DNA of 64,000 nt from an uncultured Poribacteria bacterium (lineage in GTDB: Bacteria > Poribacteria > WGA-4E > WGA-3G). Under the pieces are notes generated by a model, which made no database searches, was not told the origin of the DNA, and saw nothing but the letters and a program-made list of their open reading frames with translations. The first letter of the stretch is position 1. Each line of letters opens with the position of its first letter. Shown piece after piece: positions 1-9,887 of this stretch. The position numbers and the translations under genes are program-made. The stretch covers positions 4,000,001-4,064,000 of the forward strand of contig OX638351.1 in assembly GCA_951813565.1 (NCBI GenBank), written 5' to 3'.

Positions 1-864
1 GCAAACTTTACAATCTCGGAGTGGATTTAATCCATCTAACATATTATATTGATCAAGAATCTTTACCAACCGTTCTAAGAAAGTTTTTGCTTTGCCAACA
101 TCAAGATTATCCCAAGCCTCGTATGCTGTGCATAGGTATTCATAAGCCTCGTAGGTTTTGGCTTTGTTGGCATCTCCTACTAATGATTTCAGTAGCTGAA
201 ATATTCGCAGTGCCCCTGCGTAATCATGCCTTTCGTATAGGTCTCTTGCTTTCTCAACCTCTAAATCACCAAATACGGTATAAGGATTATCCAAAAGATT
301 TAGATACTCACTACACGGTTCAGGTTTTCCATGCGTAAATTTGGTATTATCAACGTAAAATATAGCAGCACCGAGTACTGCACCCGCCATTGCTGCACCA
401 CCAACCATTGACTTTTTCCCGCCTGTGATATCCACAGCAATATTCGTAGGACGTTTCCACTTTTCATAGAGTTCCATGATTGCTTTGTAAACATCCACAG
501 CACTACTTCCGTCAATTTCGAGTGTATCAAGTTGGTCAAGCGTTAATTTTGTTTCATCTTGGATTCGTGGCAGTAATCTTTCTGTTTCCTTCGTGTAAAG
601 CAAACCAACCCGTTCCGGTTTTATGGCGAGGATAGAAAGAATCAACGGTTCAGGGGAATATCCAAGGGGTAAGATGAGTCCTTCGTATTCCTTGTCTTGG
701 CTATTATCTGGGTTATCGACAAATGCTTTTTTGACAAACGGGAAAATGTGTTCATCATAGAAAACAGATGCTGCTGCTTTCTCTTCGTGACTGTTATAGT
801 CCATTTTCTTCCATTCCTCAACGAGTGCATCAAATTCTTCTTGAGTAAATATCTCTTTTGGCAT
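1..864 (-). CDS. CRISPR-associated CARF-domain protein (TIGR02710/Csm6-like family), 3' end beyond the left window edge
   Basis: Missing from the ORF track because there is no stop codon in the window. ATG at 864 after an AAGGAG RBS; frame open to position 1. Manual translation MPKEIFTQEEF...LILPLGYSPEPLILSI...IAVDITGGKKSMVGGAAMA...DNPYTVFGDLE shows the CARF motifs GxSPEP and DxTGGKK. Last visible gene of the cas operon. Confidence 0.85.
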   Translation of the reverse strand, partial: MPKEIFTQEEFDALVEEWKKMDYNSHEEKAAASVFYDEHIFPFVKKAFVDNPDNSQDKEYEGLILPLGYSPEPLILSILAIKPERVGLLYTKETERLLPRIQDETKLTLDQLDTLEIDGSSAVDVYKAIMELYEKWKRPTNIAVDITGGKKSMVGGAAMAGAVLGAAIFYVDNTKFTHGKPEPCSEYLNLLDNPYTVFGDLEVEKARDLYERHDYAGALRIFQLLKSLVGDANKAKTYEAYEYLCTAYEAWDNLDVGKAKTFLERLVKILDQYNMLDGLNPLRDCKVC

Positions 865-889
865 GTTATTTTCTCCTTTTTTACAGGTA

Positions 890-1519
890 TTATGCAGGAA
901 CCACCTCTTTAATATTGCCATTGTCATCCACCGAAGTCACCTTTACATTTACTTCATCACCGACATTTTTTAGAAAATATCCAGTTTTAAAAACGATTTC
1001 TTGTTTATCGTCAGTTTGTAATTCCACGGTCACCTTACCGACCTGTTTTTTCAATACCTTTGCCTTGAGTTTAGTGCCTTGAATATACTTCGGTTTGGGT
1101 TTTTCTTCTGGCAGTGGAAGGGGTATAAACTTCGGTTTCTCTTCCAGTGGTTCTTGTTTCTGTTCTTGCGGACGTTGCTCCTCAGTTGCGCGTTTGGGTT
1201 CAACACGATAGTAACGCATCAACCGCAGACTCCAACCCAGTATAAGTAAAAGTTCAGTTGTGTCTTCTATGTCATGGAGATGTTCTTCAAAGCTTTCTTG
1301 TATGTTCCGATAGAATCGCTGTGTCTGATGGCTTCGGATTAGTGCGTTACGGGTGCTTGACAAGCGTTGAACCAACGATGTCAATCTATCTTTTATATCA
1401 CTCTCTGCCTTGTTCTGCCGCACAAAAGCAATGACTTTCCCCAACTCATTCGGGTCAGTGCCTCTGTCAACTAATTCAAAAGCAATGTCATGAGCACTAG
1501 ACCACTGTTTTTCTTCCAT
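890..1519 (-). CDS. uncharacterised CRISPR-linked protein: helical N-domain, Pro/Glu/Lys-rich linker, C-terminal OB/S1-like beta domain
   Basis: 209 aa with a GGAGG RBS, 12 bp after the cas7 stop. Contains LILGWSLRLMRYY and a C-terminal beta-rich segment KVLKKQVGKVTVEL...VGDEVNVKVTSVD. Confidence 0.7.
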   Translation of the reverse strand: MEEKQWSSAHDIAFELVDRGTDPNELGKVIAFVRQNKAESDIKDRLTSLVQRLSSTRNALIRSHQTQRFYRNIQESFEEHLHDIEDTTELLLILGWSLRLMRYYRVEPKRATEEQRPQEQKQEPLEEKPKFIPLPLPEEKPKPKYIQGTKLKAKVLKKQVGKVTVELQTDDKQEIVFKTGYFLKNVGDEVNVKVTSVDDNGNIKEVVPA

Positions 1520-1531
1520 TAGATGCCTCCG

Positions 1532-2521
1532 TTAGTATAACCCAGTAGGGCAGTTGCGGTCATTTGGATACTTGAGGATCTGTGCAAGTTGGGACAATAA
1601 TTCCTGCTGGATGAGTCTACCAGTTTCGGCATCGTTCACACACGTCTGCATCCACGTTTCCAATTCTTCATTTGTCCTTGAAGTATCTTGAGGAACATCC
1701 CAATTCAAGTAGCGGGAACCAGTATGTTGTTGAACTTGTATCTCATCAATCTGGAAATCAATTGACCCGAAACAGACAGGTTTCGCTCCACCGATTTTGA
1801 GTTTAAACGAATGTTCTGGATGATGTCCTAACGCTGTAAAGAGTAGTCCCCACTCGGACTGTTTAAGGTTGTCCACTTGCATAACGAAGCGGAATTGTGT
1901 TTCTTTTTCACACGCTTCAACGGGTGTGCTGCCAGTAGCCACTTCACCGTGCATGTAAAACTTACGTCCCGGTACCTCCCGCATACTTCTTTGTCCTCGT
2001 CCTGGCGCATAGAGTTCAGGGACATGTTTTGTAACGATGTCTCCTTCTATTCTGGGAGCATCTTGTATAGAAATGTTTCCTTGAAACCCCATTGCACCAA
2101 ACATTCTGCAGGCTACGCACAAGTTTTCTTTCTGTCGACATTCAGAAAACCATCTCGGCATTGCGCGACGGACTTGGGTCGAAACTTTACTGAGACAGCT
2201 TTCAGAGATTGCTTCAACAACACTTCGGATTGCTCCTTTGAGTGAACTTCCGGGAATTACGATGTTGCCGCCAGTTTTCACTGCTGTTTTAATGAGTTCT
2301 ACATCATCACCGATGTCTATAATGCCACTGCCGATATATATTGGCGTGAGTGCTTTAATAGTGCCGTGAATCCTACCTGTTGTGCGGTTATGTTGGTAAC
2401 GGTCATGTCTGGTAGGTCTATCTCTCTTGACACTACTCGGTAACTGTACAAAAGCAAAAGGTTTTGGTGCTGCTTGTTCTTCTTGTCTGCCGCCAGAGCC
2501 ACCGCGTTGGTATTGTCCCAT
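1532..2521 (-). CDS. cas7: type III-D Cas7/RAMP protein
   Basis: TPIYIGSG, IPGSSLKGAIRS, C..CRMFG, GRKFY and KIGGAKPVCFG RAMP motifs. Likely start is MGQYQR at 2521, after an AGGAG RBS. Confidence 0.85.
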   Translation of the reverse strand: MGQYQRGGSGGRQEEQAAPKPFAFVQLPSSVKRDRPTRHDRYQHNRTTGRIHGTIKALTPIYIGSGIIDIGDDVELIKTAVKTGGNIVIPGSSLKGAIRSVVEAISESCLSKVSTQVRRAMPRWFSECRQKENLCVACRMFGAMGFQGNISIQDAPRIEGDIVTKHVPELYAPGRGQRSMREVPGRKFYMHGEVATGSTPVEACEKETQFRFVMQVDNLKQSEWGLLFTALGHHPEHSFKLKIGGAKPVCFGSIDFQIDEIQVQQHTGSRYLNWDVPQDTSRTNEELETWMQTCVNDAETGRLIQQELLSQLAQILKYPNDRNCPTGLY

Positions 2522-2525
2522 AATT

Positions 2526-3020
2526 TTAGTCTCCTGATTTCTGCACAAATTTGGTGTATCGTGTGAAATGGATAGTCTGAGACTTACGTTCTTTGTATTG
2601 GATTACCTTGACACATGGATATTTACACCAATCCATTGGATAATCAAGTTTTCGGGGTATACGTGTGTCTCGCCACGGTTTTGTTTCACCACCACCGAGT
2701 AGATATATGTTTTGGGGATGAGTTGTCTCCCATTTGCCTTGTTCAGTAAAACCTTCCGGTAAGGTGTCTTCAGATAACCAAAGCAAAGTGTAACCGGTGT
2801 TGGTCTTTTGCCATCGGAGTTCGGCTTGACTCCCAAATAACCTGCCGCGTGAGAACTTCTCAATCTTGGCAGTGTCTGGTGTGCCTTTTTTCCAATTGGT
2901 GATTTTATTGGGTCTTTGAAGTAAGTAGTATTTAGTCTCACCAAATTGTAGACATTTTAATAGGTCATTGAGTGCTGACACATCAGTCACCTGTCTTGTA
3001 GCGACGATTGCTTTTCCCAT
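2526..3020 (-). CDS. csx19: type III-D Csx19 subunit
   Basis: GRLFGSQAELRW and YLLGG...DTRIPRKLDYP motifs; positioned between Cas7 genes. Likely start is MGKAIV at 3020. Confidence 0.75.
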   Translation of the reverse strand: MGKAIVATRQVTDVSALNDLLKCLQFGETKYYLLQRPNKITNWKKGTPDTAKIEKFSRGRLFGSQAELRWQKTNTGYTLLWLSEDTLPEGFTEQGKWETTHPQNIYLLGGGETKPWRDTRIPRKLDYPMDWCKYPCVKVIQYKERKSQTIHFTRYTKFVQKSGD

Positions 3021-3021
3021 G

Positions 3022-3951
3022 TTACTGATCCTCTTCAAAGATGTTTCGCCATGAATTGACACATCCACGCCATAATGCTGAGATGTCACCCTCGTCTTCA
3101 AATGTCAACGTTGCACCGAGCCCGTAGGCATCTGGTTGTGCTTCGACTCCCTCCACTTCAACGGTATCGGACTCTGGAAATCCATAGGCATCTGCATCGT
3201 TGACAAGTTTTCCAGCACCTGCAACGACGTTCTTGTTGAATGGATCAACAGGATTTCCCAGCATACGCACCTGTTCGTTTCCTACAATGGCGGTTGGGTA
3301 GTGGATTTCAACTTTATTGACTTTCATGTTCACCTGTCCTAAACCGCGCGATTTTGCGAAACCGATGCCGATACGTTGTTCGTCAAAATCACGGATTGCC
3401 AGTGCGATGAGTGCGAGTTGTGAAGTTGTGAAGTTTTTTAAGTTTATTGTCGTCGTGAATGTTCCGGCAGTCAACACCTGAAAGTTGAATAAAGCACCGG
3501 GGACAGCAGAACCAAAGATGCGATCAATTGCGACGCCGTTTCGCTCCTCTAACTTTATTTCTGATGGGTCAACAGGATAGGCATCAGTAATATTTGCCCG
3601 TGCGGAGATGTTTGTGCTACCGAAGATTTGACATATCGTGCATGTCCTTCTGTAGAGAGTAGCACTGTTTTCCTCCTCCAGATTTCTACATGGTGAGTTT
3701 CGCTTTACAGGATCACATGCTGAAACATTTCCACCAAGAGTCCGGACAATTCGTTCACAATGTGCGCGTATTGCACCTTTCAGAGAGGAACCGGGTAGAT
3801 AAACGCTTCTATCGCCACCATAGTACGTCTCCACGAACTCCATGTCAGGCTTTGTTGGGTCTGCCCCTTGGTCGCTTGCTTTGATAAGCAGGGGTCCGAC
3901 AGGAGAGATTGTTATTTTGATTTTCGCTTGATTAACCATCCGTTTGTGCAT
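3022..3951 (-). CDS. cas7: type III-D Cas7/Csm3-group RAMP
   Basis: YLPGSSLKGAIRAH, CTICQIFG, RNGVAIDR and G-rich loop IGFAKSRGLG. Confidence 0.9.
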   Translation of the reverse strand: MHKRMVNQAKIKITISPVGPLLIKASDQGADPTKPDMEFVETYYGGDRSVYLPGSSLKGAIRAHCERIVRTLGGNVSACDPVKRNSPCRNLEEENSATLYRRTCTICQIFGSTNISARANITDAYPVDPSEIKLEERNGVAIDRIFGSAVPGALFNFQVLTAGTFTTTINLKNFTTSQLALIALAIRDFDEQRIGIGFAKSRGLGQVNMKVNKVEIHYPTAIVGNEQVRMLGNPVDPFNKNVVAGAGKLVNDADAYGFPESDTVEVEGVEAQPDAYGLGATLTFEDEGDISALWRGCVNSWRNIFEEDQ

Positions 3952-4762
3952 CTGTTCCCTCCAATTGCTTATCTATTCTGTCTTTAAATGCCTCTATCCA
4001 CGATTCCCAGTTTGCATCGTCGCCTTTATCGTCTTTGGTAAGATAATCCATAATTTTTGTCTTGTCAATGTAGTGTGCGGAGTCCAGCGTTAGTGTGATA
4101 ACACCGAGTCCACGACTACTTGCGCCGCCGATAGTCAAATCGCCTTTCTCAAAAGCAGATAATCCCAAGTATAGCATACCGAGTTGCCAATCGGTTGCGT
4201 TGTCAACGATTGCATGGAAATCGAATGGTGTGCCTGCGGGAACAACCTCAAAATCGTAGAGGTGACCACTGACGGCGGTTTCAGTATCACGGTCAATTGC
4301 GACACCGTCCCTTTGTTGATACTGACCAAACCATAGGTCTTCTTGCACGTATAGGTCGCGGACCTGAAGCTTTGAGGCATACCATAAGGAACCGAAGAGT
4401 TTGCACACCCAGCATGTTTTGCTAAGCAGTTTCGCATTATACTTTTGTTCGTTCCAATTGTTATCGTCACGATCATCCTGGAGTTTTTTCATCTCATCTC
4501 TTGTGATACACTGTTCATCATTGTTCGTCGGGTTGCAGACGACTTTTTTATTCTTAGCGAAACTTCGGAGGATGCTTTCTACATAAGACCTTAACACTCC
4601 TTTGAAGCTTGAGCCGGGGATATAGGGAGCACCTTCAGCATCTCGCACAACAGGCAGGTCTGAACCGATAACCGCAGTTGAACGTCCCGCACCGACACGG
4701 ATTGCTGTCTGTGTTTCTACCGTGCCTTTCAGATTGAGTCGGGATTGGAATTTGTGAAACAT
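3932..4762 (-). CDS. cas7: type III-D Cas7/Csm3-group RAMP (Csx7-like)
   Basis: IRVGAG...SDLPVV, YIPGSSFKGVLRS, CWVCKLFG, RDGVAIDRDT and IGGASSRGLG. Confidence 0.9.
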   Translation of the reverse strand: MFHKFQSRLNLKGTVETQTAIRVGAGRSTAVIGSDLPVVRDAEGAPYIPGSSFKGVLRSYVESILRSFAKNKKVVCNPTNNDEQCITRDEMKKLQDDRDDNNWNEQKYNAKLLSKTCWVCKLFGSLWYASKLQVRDLYVQEDLWFGQYQQRDGVAIDRDTETAVSGHLYDFEVVPAGTPFDFHAIVDNATDWQLGMLYLGLSAFEKGDLTIGGASSRGLGVITLTLDSAHYIDKTKIMDYLTKDDKGDDANWESWIEAFKDRIDKQLEGTDAQTDG

Positions 4763-5226
4763 TAGTTGTTACCCCCTTCTTTCGCCAAATAGACCTGATA
4801 GCGAGCAAGGTTACCTAAGTAAAGCTGCATGAGTCTGAGATGGACTTTCTGAATCTGATCTTTGTTCGGTGGATTATTTGAATCAATAGATTTGACGATA
4901 TTCTCAGCATCAGTGGATAATTCCTCAATCTTTTCTACTAATGCGGTAGCGAAAGTTGTATCTCCATCAGCAGTATCTTGCCACATCCGATTTGCACCTC
5001 TCCGACCGAGTTGATAACGGATGTAGTTTTTGGTGACTTCAATGCCACTTCCTGGGTCTGTTGCGACGTTCAGCACATTGCGGAATGGCGAACGTTCATT
5101 GCTGAGATTATAACTATCCGCTAATTCTTGCATCTTTGGAATGATTTCTTCCATCTGTAAACTGATTGCGCGTTCTATTTTTAGATTGGTTTGTCTTTCA
5201 TCGGTGTTTTTATCTGTTTGGTTCAT
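4762..5226 (-). CDS. cas11: type III small subunit Cas11 (Csm2-like)
   Basis: 154-aa helical protein with NYIRYQLGR and LMQLYLGNLAR; canonical position after csx10. Confidence 0.75.
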   Translation of the reverse strand: MNQTDKNTDERQTNLKIERAISLQMEEIIPKMQELADSYNLSNERSPFRNVLNVATDPGSGIEVTKNYIRYQLGRRGANRMWQDTADGDTTFATALVEKIEELSTDAENIVKSIDSNNPPNKDQIQKVHLRLMQLYLGNLARYQVYLAKEGGNN

Positions 5227-7163
5227 TCTGTGTTCTCCTTATTGTTGTTCAGTGTGTCTCGTGTGTGAAGGTGAAATGGGTCGCAGATTGTTATCTGTCC
5301 GAATCCTTCTTCACGTCGGTTGCCGATGCCTGTGTTTTCAAGGTTTTGTAATGCGGGTAGCCATGCGTCAATATTCGTTGTGTGAAATACAAAGACACTG
5401 CCGATATTGGTTATGAGTTCCGTTTCTTTAGGCAATCCCCATGCAGCGTTCCAACCGCCTGCATATCCATAACTGGCGAAACTACGGACGCATGCTACTT
5501 CAGTATTACAGGCTACTTCAGTATTACAGGCAGCTATGTCCTGCAACATCCTCTCGGTGAGAACCATACTCCGTTGCCATCCATTTTCTGCTGTTAGAAT
5601 GGCTTCTGATTGTAAGTTGACGGTAAAGTAGCTGCCATCACATTCACCAATACTGGTATTTGATAGACACTTATATGCCTGCCATACTTCTGATAATGCT
5701 TCGTTGAAGTTTTTAATCCGTTCGCTGAGGGGTTCAGAGGACGATTTTTTTCCCACTGCGATGCTGACGTGTCCAAGTCCACGTGAACTTCCGCCACCCA
5801 ATCGCATTACCTTATGCTCTAAGGTCTGTGCGACTTTATCTACGAGTCCGGGTGGCACTCGGACGGAACCGTGTAAAACCACCGGTTTGCTTTCTTTCTC
5901 ATTCTGTGACTCTGCTTTTCCATCTTTCACGATGACAGGATCAATCGCAGTTAGATGATACAGTAGACCTTCCTCAGCGACTTTTCGCTGCCTGTTGATT
6001 GCCACGCGCGTGAGGAGTCGGGTGTTGAGGTGTCTCTCTTTGTGAGAACCGGTTGCATCTTCATAGAATCCACTATGTGATTCCACTCGTCCGCAACACT
6101 CGGGACAATTCGGTTGATACATCCAATCTGCTTTTTCAGAGACGATTCTCTCCATAAGTGTGTCAAAAACACCGTGCTTCCCATCGGCAATAAATCCTGG
6201 TGTATCCTTACAACTTATGGCGGTTGCTGGCAAGACATTTGCGGCGGGTGTGCAGTTTCGGAAGATAGCGGCATCATTCTCAATGAAAATTGTTTTGAAA
6301 TCTGCATCTGGTGTGCTATTCTCTAATTCTGCCAATAGTTCATTTGCAACAGCACCGCGTATCAAGCCACCGCGGATGTAATTGAGTGCTTCTACGGCTT
6401 GTCCGGAAGGTTTGCGTCCCCCCGTGATAATTGGAGATTGTAGTGTAACCTGCAGCGATAGTTCTGTGAAATCATCATTGGTATTTAGCGATTCAGTTTC
6501 AGGCGATTGTGTTTTGGTTTCAGATGGTTGCGGTTCGTGTGTGATGGTTATCCATCCGAGTCCGCGGGTTTTACCTGAGCCGATGGCATGGACGTATTTC
6601 AGTCCTGCAGTGAGGAATTCAATCTGTTTGCCTGTGATGTTGTTGCTCAGTAAGACATCTCCAGAGAATTTAAAGCCTGCGTTTGGGATGCTTGTTTCTG
6701 TGAAATAGAGACGTTGATCTTCTGCGACTCTGCGATTGCGATTGATGGTTACACCGCTCCGGATTGCTGTTGTTTCTATCTCCAAATTTGTATCATGTAT
6801 GAGATCACTGATAAATATTTTTGATTCCGATTTAGGTGAACCGAAAATCTGACAAATGATGCAGTGGTTATCCTGCATTGCTTTAGTATTTTCGTTTACA
6901 AGTTCTTTCTTTGGACGCGGACACATATTCTCGGCTCGCGGACTGTTGCAAACAAAGTGTTTCTTCTCACCTCTGGCAATTGCTTCGCATGCGTGTCGCC
7001 AGATACCTTTAAGTGTTGAAGCAGGGATATAAAGTTTGCCGTCGGTGGTTTTAACGGTTGCCTTATCAGTACCTGTATCGCTGGAGCCGCTATCACCGAT
7101 ACAGAGTGCGGAATCAATTGTGGCTGTGATTTTCCAATGTTTGTTAGTTGTTTGTTTAATCAA
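5223..7163 (-). CDS. csx10: Cas7-Cas5 fusion RAMP (Csx10-type)
   Basis: N-terminal Cas7 (YIPASTLKG, CIICQIFG, IGSGKTRGLG) followed by Cas5-like RAMP folds (LGGGSSRGLG, GIGNRREEGFG). Probable TTG start at 7163 overlaps the cas10 stop; the ORF track start is 7217. Confidence 0.85.
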   Translation of the reverse strand: MIKQTTNKHWKITATIDSALCIGDSGSSDTGTDKATVKTTDGKLYIPASTLKGIWRHACEAIARGEKKHFVCNSPRAENMCPRPKKELVNENTKAMQDNHCIICQIFGSPKSESKIFISDLIHDTNLEIETTAIRSGVTINRNRRVAEDQRLYFTETSIPNAGFKFSGDVLLSNNITGKQIEFLTAGLKYVHAIGSGKTRGLGWITITHEPQPSETKTQSPETESLNTNDDFTELSLQVTLQSPIITGGRKPSGQAVEALNYIRGGLIRGAVANELLAELENSTPDADFKTIFIENDAAIFRNCTPAANVLPATAISCKDTPGFIADGKHGVFDTLMERIVSEKADWMYQPNCPECCGRVESHSGFYEDATGSHKERHLNTRLLTRVAINRQRKVAEEGLLYHLTAIDPVIVKDGKAESQNEKESKPVVLHGSVRVPPGLVDKVAQTLEHKVMRLGGGSSRGLGHVSIAVGKKSSSEPLSERIKNFNEALSEVWQAYKCLSNTSIGECDGSYFTVNLQSEAILTAENGWQRSMVLTERMLQDIAACNTEVACNTEVACVRSFASYGYAGGWNAAWGLPKETELITNIGSVFVFHTTNIDAWLPALQNLENTGIGNRREEGFGQITICDPFHLHTRDTLNNNKENTE

Positions 7164-9690
7164 TGTCGTTGTCCTCTGTGTTATCATCAGGTTTCTGAAT
7201 AAATTCATAAGCCTCAATTAGATCCAATAAAAGCGTTTCATATTCTTTGTGTGCTTTTAATTTCTGATACCACGGACCGAGGTTGTTATTAGATACGCCG
7301 TGCCAGTTCTGTTCAATATACTTTTTGAGTATGTCTCCGTGCTTTTGTTCCAGTCGGCTGCGGAAGTATAGATAATCAAGCGTTGATGTTGCACGCCCAA
7401 GTTTAAGTGATTCCCGTAGTTGGTAGAGTTGTGAGTTTGGAAAATTCTCCTTCTTCAAGTCTTTTACGGTTTTAATAAAGCCTGATAGTTCGTGCAATGT
7501 GTAGGGTCGCATCGTGAGTGAGTTATCAGTTTCTGTCTTGTAAGCGTTTTTGCGGAAATCACTGAGATTGCTTGTAATCATTGAAATGGATTTGAGGACG
7601 AGGAAATCAACGGTGCCGCCACGGTATCCGACATCATCTTTTATCAATGTCTTTGCTCTACTCTTTGCAGATTTGAGTAAGCTTGCAGCGAGATGTTCTA
7701 AGAACGCAACAGGTGTATGTTCATCGGCTATGACGAAACCGAGTGATAGACTGAAAACGGGTTGCATCTCTTGTGCATCTACTATCCATTGTTCTGACCG
7801 GTAACGTTGTGATTTTTGAACTTCGTCTTTTTTCGACTCAGCCCATTTCGCACGACTATTGAATTGGCTATCAAAGTTTGTGCCGATGGCGTGAACGATG
7901 TCAAATGCATTACTGCCCGGCACGATCAGGAGCAGGTCGTCTCCACCAATGCTAATGATTTCAAATGGCAGGACACCCGCATTGGTAGGTTTAAGATGAT
8001 CGGTAAGTGTGTCGAATGCTGCCTTTTGCATAGCGACAAAGACGCGTTCCGAAAACTGCCGATACTGTGCAGGCGATGCGATCTTCTCCAAATATCCACC
8101 CATATTGTTACCATCAGCATAGATAAAAGTGATGAAGCCTTTAGGATTACTTGCGTCAGCAATGTCTGCAAGGTCTTGAGGACCACCGACATCTTTATAA
8201 GGTTGGTCTTCGGTAAAATACTGTTCCGCTTTTGCAGTAACTTTCAAATAATTCTTGAATAGCGTACTCCAGTCATTAAGATTCCATCCACCGTTTTCCT
8301 TTTGGGTTGCGGGTTGCCAACCAGAGAGTTTACTCAAATAACGATCAATATTGCCTTGTTCCTTTGATTTATCATTTTCTTTTTTTGTAATACGTCCAAT
8401 AACATATTTTCGTGTGCATGCTTCACAGAGTTTACGGGGATCGTGGAAGATTGCAGGTCGACGTTCACAACTTTCACATCGAAGATGATATGGGGCTATT
8501 TCAACGTGTGCGGGTAGGTCGCGTCGTGTTTTCCGGTTTGGCGTTATATTTCCTTCACGCCGTTTCATCTGCGCGCCTGCCAACCTGGCTGTCAATTCAC
8601 CAAAACATTTGCGCTCCAAGAATTCCTTGTTAGAACTGCCATAGTATGTCTCCATAAGTGTTTTAGTATCCTTTTGATCACAGGCAGCCCGATAGTCTTC
8701 AACCCAAAAGTTTGTGGGATTCAAGCCATATTGTAGTTCAAGTAGATTGAAGGTGTCTCCCACAGCGGCACTATTCGCGACGAGAGTTTGGTCTGTATAG
8801 ATGCGTTCAATTTCGTCTGCGATTTTGTGGACAACGGATGTCGGTGCGAATGCAAGCGTATTACCACCTGCTGCATAGATGATACATTCTGGTGCGGTGA
8901 GTTTGTGTCCTGTGCGTTGGTTAAAACTCTCACGGATCTGATTGTATCGTTGCTTGTCTTGTGTGGCTTTGCGTCCGAAGAGTGCTGGCACATCCTCCAA
9001 GTTTATTCTGTCCAGTAATGCGCTTGCCCCGCGAATTTCGGGGAGTTTTGCGGACTCCATAAAGTATCCCTTAATCTTTGTCGCGCCACCTAACACAAGC
9101 CCGATCTGTTGTTTTTCATCTTTAAGGGGGTACTTGTTAAATTCAACCTTATCCGGACAGATCCGTTCAGACGCTGCAGTCTTTGATAAAAACACGATAC
9201 GTTCATGATTATTTCCATCTTTATTAGGTTCAATCGGTTTGTGTCCTGCCCATAACGTATCGTAAACTGCACCGAGTTCATCATCGTCTTTCCAAGTGGC
9301 GGTCAATGCGGATAGGCGGAGATAATCTAAAGTTTCAATATCAGGACGGGGTTCTTCATCGTAGGCGAGACAGTATGCAATTGCGGATGCTGTGAGGGAG
9401 TGGTCTGCAACGGTCGCGCCGGGAAGTGAACGACAAGGCAGCCATCGGAACGGATGTGAACTGTCTTTCCCCTGCCATAATGTCTGAAGTGGTGGTAGCA
9501 GTAGATCCACCATGCAGTTGACACGTTCAGTTATCGTTTGAGCTGTCCAACTGCCAATGTGTGCAATAGTATCTTGGACGACAGCGTTCCAGTCTTTTTC
9601 AGTAATGCCAAATGTATCTTCAAGTATCAAATCTTCCCAGCAATAGTGGGCATTCTCAATCTGTTTACCTGTTTTCCAGTCTCGTGTCAT
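7156..9690 (-). CDS. cas10: Cas10 large subunit, type III-D; Palm GGDD intact, no recognisable HD nuclease motif
   Basis: IKGYFMESAKLPEIRGASALL, IIYAAGG, Zn ribbon CESC..CEAC, YADGNNMG and IGGDDLL. Confidence 0.93.
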   Translation of the reverse strand: MTRDWKTGKQIENAHYCWEDLILEDTFGITEKDWNAVVQDTIAHIGSWTAQTITERVNCMVDLLLPPLQTLWQGKDSSHPFRWLPCRSLPGATVADHSLTASAIAYCLAYDEEPRPDIETLDYLRLSALTATWKDDDELGAVYDTLWAGHKPIEPNKDGNNHERIVFLSKTAASERICPDKVEFNKYPLKDEKQQIGLVLGGATKIKGYFMESAKLPEIRGASALLDRINLEDVPALFGRKATQDKQRYNQIRESFNQRTGHKLTAPECIIYAAGGNTLAFAPTSVVHKIADEIERIYTDQTLVANSAAVGDTFNLLELQYGLNPTNFWVEDYRAACDQKDTKTLMETYYGSSNKEFLERKCFGELTARLAGAQMKRREGNITPNRKTRRDLPAHVEIAPYHLRCESCERRPAIFHDPRKLCEACTRKYVIGRITKKENDKSKEQGNIDRYLSKLSGWQPATQKENGGWNLNDWSTLFKNYLKVTAKAEQYFTEDQPYKDVGGPQDLADIADASNPKGFITFIYADGNNMGGYLEKIASPAQYRQFSERVFVAMQKAAFDTLTDHLKPTNAGVLPFEIISIGGDDLLLIVPGSNAFDIVHAIGTNFDSQFNSRAKWAESKKDEVQKSQRYRSEQWIVDAQEMQPVFSLSLGFVIADEHTPVAFLEHLAASLLKSAKSRAKTLIKDDVGYRGGTVDFLVLKSISMITSNLSDFRKNAYKTETDNSLTMRPYTLHELSGFIKTVKDLKKENFPNSQLYQLRESLKLGRATSTLDYLYFRSRLEQKHGDILKKYIEQNWHGVSNNNLGPWYQKLKAHKEYETLLLDLIEAYEFIQKPDDNTEDNDID

Positions 9691-9862
9691 AAACTTGTCC
9701 TATTTTACAAAATCATATCGGGACAATTTATTAACTCATAAGTTATAAATCTTGATTTCCCAATTTAAAACCTATCATACCATAATTCCATTAATCAGCC
9801 AACTTAAATTTGAAATAGCAGGGCTATTTAGTTTTAGGATTTTTACACATTTTTGTCGGGAA

Positions 9863-9887
9863 GTCGCGAGCTGGAGCTCGCTCCTAC
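9863..9887 (-). repeat. GTAG-type REP palindrome GTAGGAGCGAGCTCCAGCTCGCGAC
   Basis: Identical copy at 13013-13037; variants at 11168-11192 and 20158-20180. Confidence 0.8.
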
